Below are positions 12,101 through 24,700 of a DNA stretch of 64,000 nt, piece after piece; within the stretch, counting starts at the first letter, position 1, and every line of letters starts with the position of its first letter. Source of the stretch: Paragordius varius. Lineage: Eukaryota; Animalia; Nematomorpha. Where the stretch lies: positions 5,208,001 through 5,272,000 of the forward strand of contig OZ176055.1 of NCBI GenBank assembly GCA_964247055.1, read 5' to 3'. Position numbers and translations under genes: made by a program. A model generated the notes under the pieces. The model was not told where the DNA came from, ran no database searches, and saw only the letters and a program-made list of their open reading frames with translations.

Positions 12101-15100
12101 TCTAATTATTTTGTGTTATGGTATATCATTCTTTCTCTGTTAGTGAATAGGCCAATGTGTTGGGCTAGTTTACAATCAATATAATAAATTACAATTCCAA
12201 AGCATTATTTTGTTGTCAATGGTTTCTTAAGCTTTAAAGTTCTTTATTTTGGCAAATGTATGAACATAAAATATATTAAAATTTTTAAATACTATAGTTA
12301 TAATTATTAAATGTTCTAAAACATTTATAACTAATATAACAATTGTAAGGAATATGGTCAAAGATATGATTGAGAATGCCATATAATTTTTAAGATTTGT
12401 GATATAAATTAGATTATAATAAAAAATATAATATCCAAATTTGTTTTTTAAAATATTTTAGTCATTCCTAAACGATAGATTATAAAAACTAAATAATTAA
12501 TAAATGTATTGCCAATTTTAAATGCATGTCGCAAATTTATAATTATTGGACAGGTAAGATAAAGCGTATTCGGTGCAATATATATATTAAAATTTATTTT
12601 ATAATATTGTAAATAATTCCATCTTGTGTATATTTAATTTATTGGTCATCGTTGATACCTTCGGATATTATTGGAATCATATAAAAAATGCTTTTTAATA
12701 AATTACAAAATTATTTATTAACAGACTATCGACAACACATTGGTATCACTCTATGAGAGAGATATTTTTTTTATTATATGTTCTCTTTGCATTTTTTTAT
12801 TTTCATAAACCAGGGTGAAGCCAGAATCAAAGATTAACAAAAAATTATGGAAAATCCATTATTATTTTAAATAATTTAACATTTATTTTACAACAATATT
12901 TAATTGATAGCATTATCGGTTTATTTAATATATTTTATAATTTTCTAAATTAGGTGGCCCATCTCATAAGATACCCCTTCATAATGATTTTTTAGAAAGT
13001 AAGGCTTACTAAGCTCATGAAAAATTTTGATAACTTTTAAAGTTTTGAATGTTAGTTTTCAATTATATCAGTTATGATTATATAAATTTATTTTGGATTT
13101 GTAAAATATTAAAAAATAGACATTTTTAAAAAAGTATAAAGAGGCGAATCTTTAAATGATTTTAAAAAAAACTGCTAACAAACCATGCGTTTTTATCGCA
13201 ATTGGGTACTTATGAGAGGGTATTTCACTTTCCCGATATCTTCAAAATTATTCAGCATAATAAATAAAAATAAAATGAATATGACCTGATGTAGGCATCG
13301 GTGTCTTTGTAATATTTTATTAAAGGATTTCCCATGAGAGCCAAGTGTTTAAGCTGGATTAATCCGCTTAATTTTAATAATTCACATTCACTTTTTATCT
13401 AATAGAAAAAATTTATGATAAAACGAGATCTATATTGACAGTTTAAAAAATATTTTTAGAAAATACAAAACATTTTTAAGTATGTATTTATACTAATTAA
13501 AATATTTGTAACTTTAATTGCATCAAAATAACTAATAGTCATTTTTTAAAACTTTCAGACTAAATGGAAAAAATCTGCAAGTACGTCAAAAAATCTTTAA
13601 AAAATATAAAATTATGATAATTAAAATAATACCATATTATTGGCAAGTGATAAAGTTGATAATTTGGATTTGTCAACTAATGGCGCAAAAGGATAAAGCG
13701 AAGCTATTTTATTTGAGCTTAAATCGATGTTTTCGACCTAATCGGTTTAAAAATATAAAACATGAAAAAAATTTTTTGACAAACTTCTGGAATATTATTT
13801 TGTAAGGTGGCGCAAACAATCGCATAACACCACAGCTCTCAAAATGATGTGTGTTCGTTTTTATTTACAGTAAGACTGATAAATGATTATCATTAAAAAA
13901 TCAATGAATATCCAAATGAAAAAAATTATTAGGACATGGTTCAAAAAAATATGTATAAATATAACATATACGACCCTTGATGCATCTTTTCTATTGTTTC
14001 TACTTACACATTTAACATATTTTTTAACCATTCATTTTTTCATTTGGATATTCATTTGTTTTTTTGTGATATAGATTTATTAATCTTAATGTATGATTGC
14101 AGATCGTACCAAAATCTTAATTAATTTTGAATTATATATAAATAATATATTTTTAAACTATGCTCGGTACTTTAAATCTAAAAAGACTGGTCCCAGTTGT
14201 TACATATATTGTAATATGTAAATATAAATAAAAAGTATAAACATCAGGTATGTTGGCTTCTATGACGGTTAAAACTTCTTTAATGACATTGGCTCGAAAA
14301 AGGGGTAAATGTGTTCCCGTTTCCTTTAATGAGGAATCATTAGCGAAATCCGATAGATTAAGAGTTTTTTTGATTGGATCATAACGCATACTCATGACAT
14401 TCTAAATAAAAATTAAACCATTAATATTTTTAAGTATTTCTAACGATCTAAAAGAAAATACCCGTTTTTTAAAAAATATTAAAGATATTTAAAGGTCATT
14501 GAATATAAATATATTTCATTAATTTAATTTTGGTAATTTAATGAATAAAAATAAATGAATCAAACATTAATTTCAATAATATAGAATTTATATATTATGC
14601 AAAATAATAACGCACATTGGGTTATAATTTTATCATAGCTCTAATGATTATAAAATTACAATTCCGTTAATAAATAAAAAATTGAAAGACTAAATATAAC
14701 TGTCACTATAACCGTATTATGTAAGGTGGAAGCATAGGTCTAGTGTTTATTTTTAAATTTAAAACGTAACCAAATTTTCAAATTTTCTTATTACTTTGGA
14801 AAAGATAAAGAATTAATCACATCATGAGTAAAATTAATTTTAAAGTTTATAAGATAAAACACATTAAAGAAATGCATAATAAGTAAATTACGGACGCCAA
14901 ATATACAAGTAAAATAAGCTTTAATATGGAATTTTTCATACTCCAAAACCGTGTTTTCCGTTTTTTCTTTCCAATGATTAATACCATATATTGTACATAT
15001 GTAAATTTTCTTTTAATCCATATTATAATTCTTAACTTGGCACATATTGGATAACTCAATGAAATTTAAAGGTAGTATCTAAATATTTACTTTTAAACGT

Positions 15101-15837
15101 AAAACGTATTCTTCATCTAACTGTGGTGGATCGGGGGCTTTATCCTTAACGCCCAAAATTTTTATTTTGTATCCATCAGGATTTGTCATTCTGAGGGAAA
15201 GGGCAAGTAATTGACGATAAACATCGACATTATTAATCCAAAATATAAAAGCATTGTTGGATATGTGAGGCTGTATAAAATTTACACTTAATTAATGTCT
15301 TATCATAAGATTAATATAATTAATTTATGAAGTAAGGTGTAAAGTGTTAAATTAAAATATATCAAAGGGATACATGAATAGGGATGAATGCTTGGGGTGA
15401 TGGTTTAATTTTTTGTTGTAACGTGTTAATAAGGTATGATTTACCCATTTTATCACCATAAGGTATAATCATTTTATACCAAACATTGCTTTGCAATGTG
15501 TTATTATTTCCTTTTCCACGAGTCCGTTGATCATACGTTCGTTTATGAGAAGGAATATATGGAGCATTCATCCTATGCCTTTGATTAATATTTAAGTTTG
15601 ATTCTGATATCGCATTGTTTAAAGGTAGGGGTTCCTTATTTTTTGAAGTCAACCTATTTAAAAGGTTATATAATTTTTATATAAAAATCATGTAAATACC
15701 TCTGCCTTAAATCTTCTTTCATAGTAATATCCCCTTCCGTATCAACTAGCCCTTGACGCCCTAAAATAATAACAAATCTTACTAAGAGGTGGTGGTATAT
15801 ATGTCTGTTTCCACTTAAAGCGGTTGGGATTGGGCAT
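6133..15837 (-). CDS. NXF1: Nuclear RNA export factor 1 (TAP/NXF1): RRM, LRR, NTF2-like and TAP-C domains
   Basis: 17 phase-consistent exons: 15783-15837, 15700-15760, 15374-15653, 15091-15270, 14243-14401, 13633-13737, 13286-13398, 11796-11832, 11461-11529, 11139-11194, 10441-10504, 10192-10237, 10053-10106, 9290-9405, 9085-9206, 6570-6627, 6133-6381, giving 607 aa. Motifs: WYKMIIPYG (RRM), MSMRYD…LNLS, IDLSSNKI, HLALMGNPL, FPNLETLDGQELP, LPPTQHD, VFSVTGLFQE, TGMKPNWAKKCLIDNAWNY (TAP-C). Confidence 0.93.
6751..7390. mobile_element. TIR MITE with CCATTTGCAC ends (family D1) in NXF1 intron 15
   Basis: TIRs CCATTTGCACTTCAAGAGTGT…/…ACACTCTTGAAGTGCAAATGG, TATA on both flanks, and tandem 21-bp subterminal units (GTTCAAGTTGGTCCTTAAACA). 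Confidence 0.88.
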
Positions 15838-16564
15838 TTTTTCAAGTATCGGTGGACCGAACCAAACTTTAAATAGTATTATGCATTGCGATTTGACATC
15901 TGATCATTCAATATTTGAGTATCTGAGATTGGTAAAAATTGTATGAGATTTTTTATGGCGCTTTTTTTGCCACGAGTAAATAAAAATATGAATTATATTC
16001 AAATCGTGCGTTTGGAGGACGTTATTAAAAATCTTTTAAGTAATGTTGAATGCTTTATAAAATTTAATCCAATAAAACAAAAATGATAAAATTATTTTAT
16101 TTAATTTTAAAAGTTTCGTCATCTGCCATATCCAGTTTGAAAAACACAAAAATCTAATGTTGCGCCAGAATTTATAATATTGTGGATTATTTTCATACTT
16201 ATTTCATGGCATTATAAAACTTTATAAAAAACACAATTCATTGATACAATTTATCTAACAGCGTCAAAAGCTTTAAATTTATATTTTGGATTTTTAAACT
16301 TGGAAAATTTAAAAATGATATGTCACTTCTAAATTGAAGTTCAGATGTATTGAAAAGATTCAGCGGCATGAAATTTTGAAGATTCGAAGTTTATATATAT
16401 AGGGGTTTATATCCTTCGTAGCCATGCTTCCTAATACTATGATGTAGACCTAATTGGAAGGTATAAAAAATATTCTGACAGATTATTTAATACTTATGAT
16501 GCTTTGAGTTTAGATCTTACGAATGATATGATAAAGTTAATACCACTTTTTTTATAACCGCTTT

Positions 16565-19030
16565 ATAATTGAAAATGGTATATGCGCACATTTTGTATAA
16601 ATTTTTTTAATGATAATTAATGCTTCATTCCAAAAGATGTAATCATTTTATATCACATACCATATTTGAAAAGTAAAACAATATTATAAAATTTAAATTT
16701 TGGATGAGGGCTCCGAAAGTCTAAAATTTTTTGCGTCCGAAATGGGCAAGTTTGCTTAAATTAAACGCAAAGATGAAATTGTGCTTTTCCAAAAGAAAAA
16801 TATTTTGTTCAAAATTTATAGAAAATTTCGGCGAAGCGAGGTTTATGGTATTTTGGAGCATGGTGGTAACAGTATAAAACATTTTAAGATATTGGGTGGG
16901 GTGATAAAAAAGTCGCACTTGACTTGTAAGCGTGGCAAGTTGAGCAATTACTTAAGCCAGCAATTGTACACTTGAAGATCGGTGATAAAAAAAACACTTA
17001 TAAGTCAAGTCTTTTGCTTATGAATGTAAGAGTTTTTTGCCACCCAATTCGAATTTTATGGAAATTTTTATGATTATTTTCAGCTAAAATTTATGAAATA
17101 AGGCACAAAAAGATAAACAATAAATACAATATGCATTTATTGAAGTTTTTCAAACTCTCCGGCACGCTTATATAATATTATAGGGTTTTCTAAATTGTGA
17201 GCTTGGTAATAATTTTTAGATTGATGAAACCATTCGCCCTTAAAACACTTTCCATTATTTTACCACACTACTTATTCTGTTTGGAGTCCAGTTGCAAATA
17301 TAATGGGAAGATGTTTATACAATATAACATAATTATTTTTAATTGATTATATACATTACATTCGAAATAAATTTATGATGAAATAAATTCTTTACATTGG
17401 ATAAAAGTGAAGTTTTGCTTTTAATAAATGAATTGAAATCACAAGATTAATATTTAATTATCAATTTTAAGAATTTTCAAGAATCGAATTTTTTTTGCGG
17501 ATAAATTTATCCTCTTTTGTATCCACCCAATGAATAGATTAATTAGTCAAAATTTAAAATTAACAATTTATAGAATTAATAAAGGTTTGAATCACATATA
17601 AAACCTAAATTTTGTATATAAATAGTGTCCAAAATAATTTTACCCATATTTTTAAATCTGCCAAGTGTGCCCTGCACCACACTTGCAAAATCTTTAAGTT
17701 TTACTTGAACATATGATTTTTTATCACCTCCTTATCAAGTTTTCTCGCTTGACTTAAGTGCCCTAATGTGAAATTTTTTTTATCACATGAAAGCAAGCCA
17801 TGACTTGAAAAACTTGCAAGTCAAGTCAAAAAAAATTTTTATCACCCGACCCATTATATATTATATACACATTTTTACCTAATTCGATGAGTAAGCGTGT
17901 AAATAATTTTGCCTAGTGGGCGAAAAATTTAAATTTTATACCGTATAAAGATTAAAATTTATTTTTAATATATTTTAAACAATAACACCTTGCACAAAAT
18001 CGGGTATGAAAAAATATCTTGATGAAATATTTATATTCTGATCGAAAAATATCAAGATTACATGGTTATTTTAAATTTAAGCCTTACGTTCACAAAAATA
18101 TCACTAAATTAATTAAGAAGCAAAAAAGTATTTTTACAGAATTTTGAATTTAAGATCTGGGTTGCAAAAAACGAAATTTTTTTGGACCTGTCTAAAATGG
18201 GCAAGTCTTATACTAAAAGCAAAAATGCCGATATTGCGCGAGAGAAATTTAAATAAATGCTAAATTTTGACATCAAAAATGTTCGTTCCGAAATTGAATG
18301 CTAGAAAATTTGATTTATAGAAAAATTTTGGTGAAGCGACTTTAATGGTATTTTGAAGCAGGTGGAAACGGTTTAAAAACACTTTAAGATATTATAAAAA
18401 CGTTTTTATAATGTGATTATAAACATTTCAATCACCTTTGATTGTTAATTTAATAATGTTTAACTTCAAAATCAATTTATTGTCAAAAACAAATGTGTTA
18501 ACAAACACGTCTTTGAATCAAAAATAGGATATAATATATTAGCATTATCGAATTATATAGAATTGTGTTTTTATATCTTAATATGTTTTTAACTTTTCCA
18601 CCATTAAAAATACCTAAAAATTCGCGTGCCCAAAATTTTACTATGAAATTTATTTTTCTTTTTGATGTCAAAATTTAACATATTTAAATAAATATCGCTC
18701 ACTATCGGCATTTTTGCGTTTAGATTAAGAAACTTGTCCATTTTTGACGGGTTTTGAAACTTTCGTAGCCTACAAAAATTTAAATTTATAAAATATTGTT
18801 TTGCTTTTTCTATATAGTTTATTAAACATTATATTGCTTTTTAAGTATTATAACATTCACAAAATAATTTTTTACATAATGCGCTAAATTTGTTTTTTGA
18901 TTTTATGTAAAAGTTAAAATATATAAATATCTTGTGAGCCTCAAAATTATAAGCCGCATTAAAATCTTGATAAATTTTTCCACCAAAATCATTACATCAG
19001 AATTGCGCGCTGTCTAACATATTTTTATAT
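16565..19030. repeat. Degenerate foldback-type repeat family F, interrupted by a TA-MITE; boundaries approximate
   Basis: Segments 16565-16890 and 18130-18400 match 52185-52560. Internal inverted arms lie at ~18130-18300 and ~18620-18780. Confidence 0.55.
16892..17854. mobile_element. TA-flanked TIR element (Tc1/mariner-type MITE, family E)
   Basis: TA|TTGGGTGGGGTGATAAAAA … TTTTTATCACCCGACCCAT|TA. A second copy lies at 50283-51193. Confidence 0.8.
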
Positions 19031-19438
19031 ATGAAATAGTTTTTATAAAATAAACGATTGATTAACGGAAAAACCTCTATACACAGATGTTATTTCCCAT
19101 TAAAAAGTTGTTCTTGCTTTTGATTGTTTTAATTGACAACGTTGGATTCTCTAATAATTAACCCAATTCATATTTATAGTCTAATAAAGTGATATTGAGA
19201 AGAGTATATTTGTAGCTGAATTATAGTCAATATAAACTAGGAGTTTTTCTAAGAAAAACATTTTTAGATTCAGCGTACAGAAGTATTTCATCGATTTAGC
19301 ACTTTAAACCCTATTGTTGTCTTTCAAAATCAATATTTTCTTTTTACATATTTTATTGAATCTAAAATTACAAACATATTAATAATTTATTTATAAAGAG
19401 AGCTACGCTTACCAAGATTAACCATCTTCTAAAAAATT

Positions 19439-20875
19439 AACATCATAATCTTACCTGGCAAAAAAGAGGGTAAATTTTTTAACAACATATTTTTTTTAAG
19501 AGATAGTATGACTACAATTCATTTGCCGCAAAAAAATTTATTTGTTGACGACCAAGTTTTCAAAATATTGAGAGAAAATTGAAATTGGGCAATTAGTGTG
19601 AAAATTAAGGATAATTAATAAAATAATGATAAAACTTGAGATATTATGGTTTATTATCGTTTGAGCATATATTTACTATTTACAAATAGCCTAAAATCAT
19701 ATAGTTAGGGTTTTTATAAAAACTCAAATAAAAAATCGCGTTTTTCTTTTAACATACTGTCAACCTTAGAATAGACAAACTTATATGTTAGATTTGAATA
19801 CATCTTTTATAGACCATCTCGTATTTGAATTAAACTAATATATCTTTTTGTATTTAACATAGACACGTTTACCTTGGATGTAAATATCATACATACAGAA
19901 AGTATATAAAGACCGCAAATTTTATATAGTTACTTTTTGTGAATTATCCTAATAAATCTTATTGTCTTATTGTTCCTCGAATCACCACTTTTACAAAAAT
20001 AAAAATTTTATGAAATTATATTAAAATATTTTTTTTATTCATTAGCTAAACTCACTATTAAAATCTTAACATTCATATTTTAGTCAAAAAAAGGCTAATA
20101 AATCAAATAAAACTAAAAAAATATTTTTTTTATTTTTTCATTTTTTGTCATCTAGTATGAGCGGGAATTACAAATTATGTAAAGTATACGAAATAGGATT
20201 TACAAGTAGTGGAATATTTATCAAAAATCGACACAAATCTCTGTCACAGGTTTTTTTAATACAAATTAATATTTTTATTGGGATTTTTACGGATTTTGGG
20301 TTAATATTCCACTACTTGTAATTATATTTTAAATTAATTTATATACTTTGTGATTCCGGCTAATGTAAGATTCCAAAATAAAACAGTAAATATTTTATAG
20401 CTCATAAAACAGGTGACAAAAAATTAAATAAAAAAAACTAGTTTTATTTTGATATATATTGAATATAAGATTGAGATTGTAATAGTGAGTTTAGATAGTA
20501 AATTAAAAAAATTATTTTGATATAGTTTCATAAAATAATTTTTGTCATTTAAGTATGTAAAAAGAAAAACGCGATTTTCTGATCTGAGTTTTAATAAAAA
20601 TCTTAACTATATGATTTGGGCTATTTATATATTGTAAGTATCTGCTAAAATGGTAATAGGCCATAGTATCTCTGGTTTTTTCCATCATTTTTTTTAATTA
20701 TCCATAATTTTCACTTTTTGCCCAATTTTTTTATCCCAATATTTTAAAAACTAGGCCGTCAACAAATAATAATTTTTGCGGCAAATGAATTCGCTGGTAA
20801 TAATGTATCTCATAAAAAAATTTTTTTTGTATTTTTATTGCTAAATTTTTTTGCCAGTGCTAATATTATGTTATA
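19439..20875. repeat. ~1.4-kb degenerate palindrome (foldback element); ends approximate
   Basis: 19440-19760 is the reverse complement of ~20560-20875 (aattcatttgccgcaaaaa / tttttgcggcaaatgaatt; aaaatcgcgtttttctttt / aaaagaaaaacgcgatttt). The inner pair acaagtagtggaatatt / aatattccactacttgt flanks a centre near 20250. Confidence 0.75.
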
Positions 20876-23800
20876 CGGTAAATATAGAACTTCAATACTC
20901 TAATTTTAAGCAGTAGAAATTCCTGTGAGTTATATAGATTAAATCAATCATTGTTGAATGGCATATAAGTTTTAATTGTGAATACGCGTATCGATGTATA
21001 ATTCTATTTAACAAAAGTTATATTGTATGTAAACCATGAGTTACTTTATATATTTGATTATATTTTTTAACACCTTTATTCATACTTTTATTTTATAAAA
21101 CAGAGGAGGTATAATTAATAAAAAAATTTTTTTACATGGACACCGATTTTCTTTCTTACACCTATAGTACATCGCAAATCAAATTGGTTAATTTTATTTT
21201 ATCGCAAATAGTATTTCCTAATAATTTAAATTCACTACATATATTCTAAATTGAGTGCCACAATTTAATTCTAGTTCTCTTTTCAAATGGTATTTATTTT
21301 AGATTTAAATTTATGAAATATATGATAATTCAACCAATGGCCTTAGAAATACAATTTATATTAAAGCAATAATTTTTAAGATAATTTGGTTTTGTTATAA
21401 AAATTTGTAAGTTTTATAGGTTTTCAAAGTAAAAAATTTTAAATTATTTTCACATTTTCTGTTAATTGTTTTATTTTTGTTTTTTTAATGCTTGGGTAGC
21501 TATCAAATTAACGGTTATTAAATTTATATTCATTTTAATGATTAAGGACTGCCTAATATTTAAACACAATAATCTTGTAAATAGGAATGGTAAACGATAG
21601 ATTGATAATGTTTTTGTATTTATAATTGTTCAAACGAAAATGAAATAAAATAAAATGAAAATTAAAATATTAAATGATATGTTAAACCCTTCATCAATAG
21701 TAATCGAAAGACTAGTTTCGTGCTTGTTAGCACTCATCAGTACGACTGACGTAGAAATAATTGTTTTGACTAACCATAATTTAAAATATCCCATTTTTGA
21801 AATTAGTGATTTATTTTCTTGTTTTAATAATTTTTCCAATGTTATGCTGCATCGTTTAATTAGATTGAAATTTAAATGACTTGTAAATTATCCTCAACTT
21901 GTCTAGAATTTCCTTTTAGAAACCAATCTTCAAAAAATACTTATGCATAAAACATAATTCCAAATATCTGAATCAATATTTAAAGATTTATTTATAAAAG
22001 TAGGTTGGTTGAAAGTGAGATGTAAGTAAGTATAATAATAACTATTAAATATTTGTTTAATTATTAATTACATATTAAACAGGTAAAAATTATAATACAA
22101 ACAGAATGTTTTAAGAAATATGATATTTTTTTATAATCATTTATGATAAATAGTAATAATTTTACACTAATATTCGTTTACAACATATTTAATATTATCA
22201 TGCTATATGTAAGCCCTAGATATTAAATTTTAAAAAGAAAAATCTAAAATACCGATAATATGTTCATTTATATAATTTTTCTAAATTATCTTCGGTATAC
22301 ATAAAAGAGTAAAATTTATTTTTTTATCAAATTTTCCGACACATCAAATGCTAATTATCTGGTAAGATTTTTATCAAACATTATGTAATGTAGTGTTATC
22401 TTTATTATTCAATCTATCAAAAAAACTTTTATAAATTTTTTTAATAAATCAATTATGATTAATATATCTATAACAAATGTAAAATGTATTGAATAAAATT
22501 TTCAAGGGTGCCAATATGTCGGCTGATATTCCATATTTCCGACAGTGCTGGGAAAAGTTTGTTTAACTTTTTAACTAAGATTGATTGAATACTTGAGGAA
22601 ATTATTTTGTTTTAAAAAACGATATATTAATAGATTATGTATAAATCACCCTGAGTGGTCAATTATAAAAGTATATATTAATCTTGTAAAAATGGGGCGA
22701 TTCGACTGAAAAATTATGAATAAATGGAAAGATTTTGATTTTTTTGCGTTATAATTTCGTTGGGATTGGTTTTCGGAGATAATCAATTTGTATACATAAA
22801 CATGTGGTTTTATTAGTCGAAAAATATTCGGTTTTTTGATGTTTGCTAAGAAGCAGACCATATCTCCTTAAATTCAGTAATTAATTTAAGACTAATTAAC
22901 GCAATATGTTTAAATATTAAAAATTAATACATTGATTATTAATATAATATTTATTTTATAAGCAATATGAAAAGAGTTTAAAATCATCCAAACTAGACTA
23001 GAACCAATTTAATTTATCAGGACTTGTTAATATACGTTTTCTACTTAACAATTATTTAAAGTGTCATTTTACATTTATTGTTTATGGCTAATCCTCAGGA
23101 ATGTGTTTTGATTTATTGTAAGTACATTAGTTTTGTTTAATTTTGGAAAAAATTTGATATTTTATACTTTAAAATTTATATGTTCCATTGATCAAATTAA
23201 ATACCTTTTCTAGACTTATAGTATATTTATTTATGTTTTATTAAGGAAGGTGTAATCTCATGAACTTTTTTAATGTCAACAATTATAGTTTCTTAATCAC
23301 ATCTCTAATTATAATCCCACCATTTTACATTGTAATTAAACTAAACTAAACAAACTGTTATAATAGGATATTTGTCACGAGGATTAATCAATAATTAATA
23401 ATTAAAATAAATATAATCATTATTTTTAATATATAATTGTTGCACTTTGGCAATATCGGTTAGTTCAAAAATAAGAGTTGGTTTTACTATATTTAATGCT
23501 GGGCTTAAATTTATTCAATAAAAGTAATTTTTATTCGCAACAAAGAAAAATTTGTGCTGTAAAACATTTGTTGTTGGCAACGCTTTAGCGAGAAAAGCTA
23601 GCTAGTTTTGTTAAAACGGTATATATAAATTATTGTTTTAGCTTTGAAATATGTTTAAAAATCTCTTATTCATAAACACAATAATATATAATATACGAGG
23701 GAAAATGAAATTTGAGATCTTTTATTCTACTCTAGGCTCATTATGAATAAAATAAATGCACAATTCACCGAATATATTAATTTTTATTGTTGTGAAACGA

Positions 23801-24700
23801 ATTCAAATTCCTTAACATTAGTTGCAATGATTGTCATTATCTTTACTATTAACTATATTTATAATTCTGCTTTTATCCGAATGCAATGATACGATAGTTT
23901 TATGTCTGTTTTTAAAAAACTTATTTTTTTTTAAAGGGAAAAAAATGTAATTTATAAGTTTAACATCCACAAAATTTTTTGTTAAATATAATAAGGCTAT
24001 CAAATATTTGTTTTAACTTATTAACTAACAGTAAGTTTCTGATAATTTTTTCATAAAACAACAATAATCATATATTTACAAATTTTATAAAAATATTTAT
24101 TGAAAACTAGAAGAATGCTCATGAATAATATGGTAAATCTATATATCTATATAATAATTTACTTTTTTACCAAATTAAGTCAATTTTAAAAATATTTACG
24201 GATTAAAGTGTTTAGATAGATTGTTCCCTTTTTAAAGTCAGTTGAAAGATTAACGTTAAATATTGTGACCGTATCGACCCGCTATATTAATTTAAAACTA
24301 GTTAACAAATTTATATTTAAATTTGAGGACATAATTAATTTATTGAATAGGATTTAAAAATAAAAAGTGATTACAAAGGTTTTTGCTTAAAAAAATTAGG
24401 TAAATGAACATATAAAATTAACCATTAAAAGATAATTTATGTTAAAAATATTCAATAAAAAGAGATTCATTTTATTTGGGATGCAAAAAACAATTTTAAA
24501 AGCTTTGAAACCGTATTCTGTTTTTTATTGGAGAATTTTTAATTAATTCAGTTTGGAATCATATATTGACTGGGACAAAAATCTTTTTCTCCCATAATAG
24601 TGTCTATGATTAAATATGTAAAATGCGTTACATTATATGTATATACAGGGTTTCAACATATAAAGGGCCAATAAACTTAATTACATACTACATACTATAA

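Noticed and set aside
13560-13600. Candidate NXF1 exon after TTTTAAAG at 13594
   Set aside because: It gives an in-frame stop; the exon starting at 13398 (IKSECELLKL) matches the homologue.
16721-16975. Overlapping ORFs on both strands
   Set aside because: They span the junction of repeat families F and E and contain no protein motif.
21137-24003. Short ORFs upstream of EYA (21137 ATG, 21630-21879, 22646-22861, 23818-24003)
   Set aside because: No recognisable homology and no consistent spliced model; an in-frame TAA directly precedes the EYA ATG at 24701.
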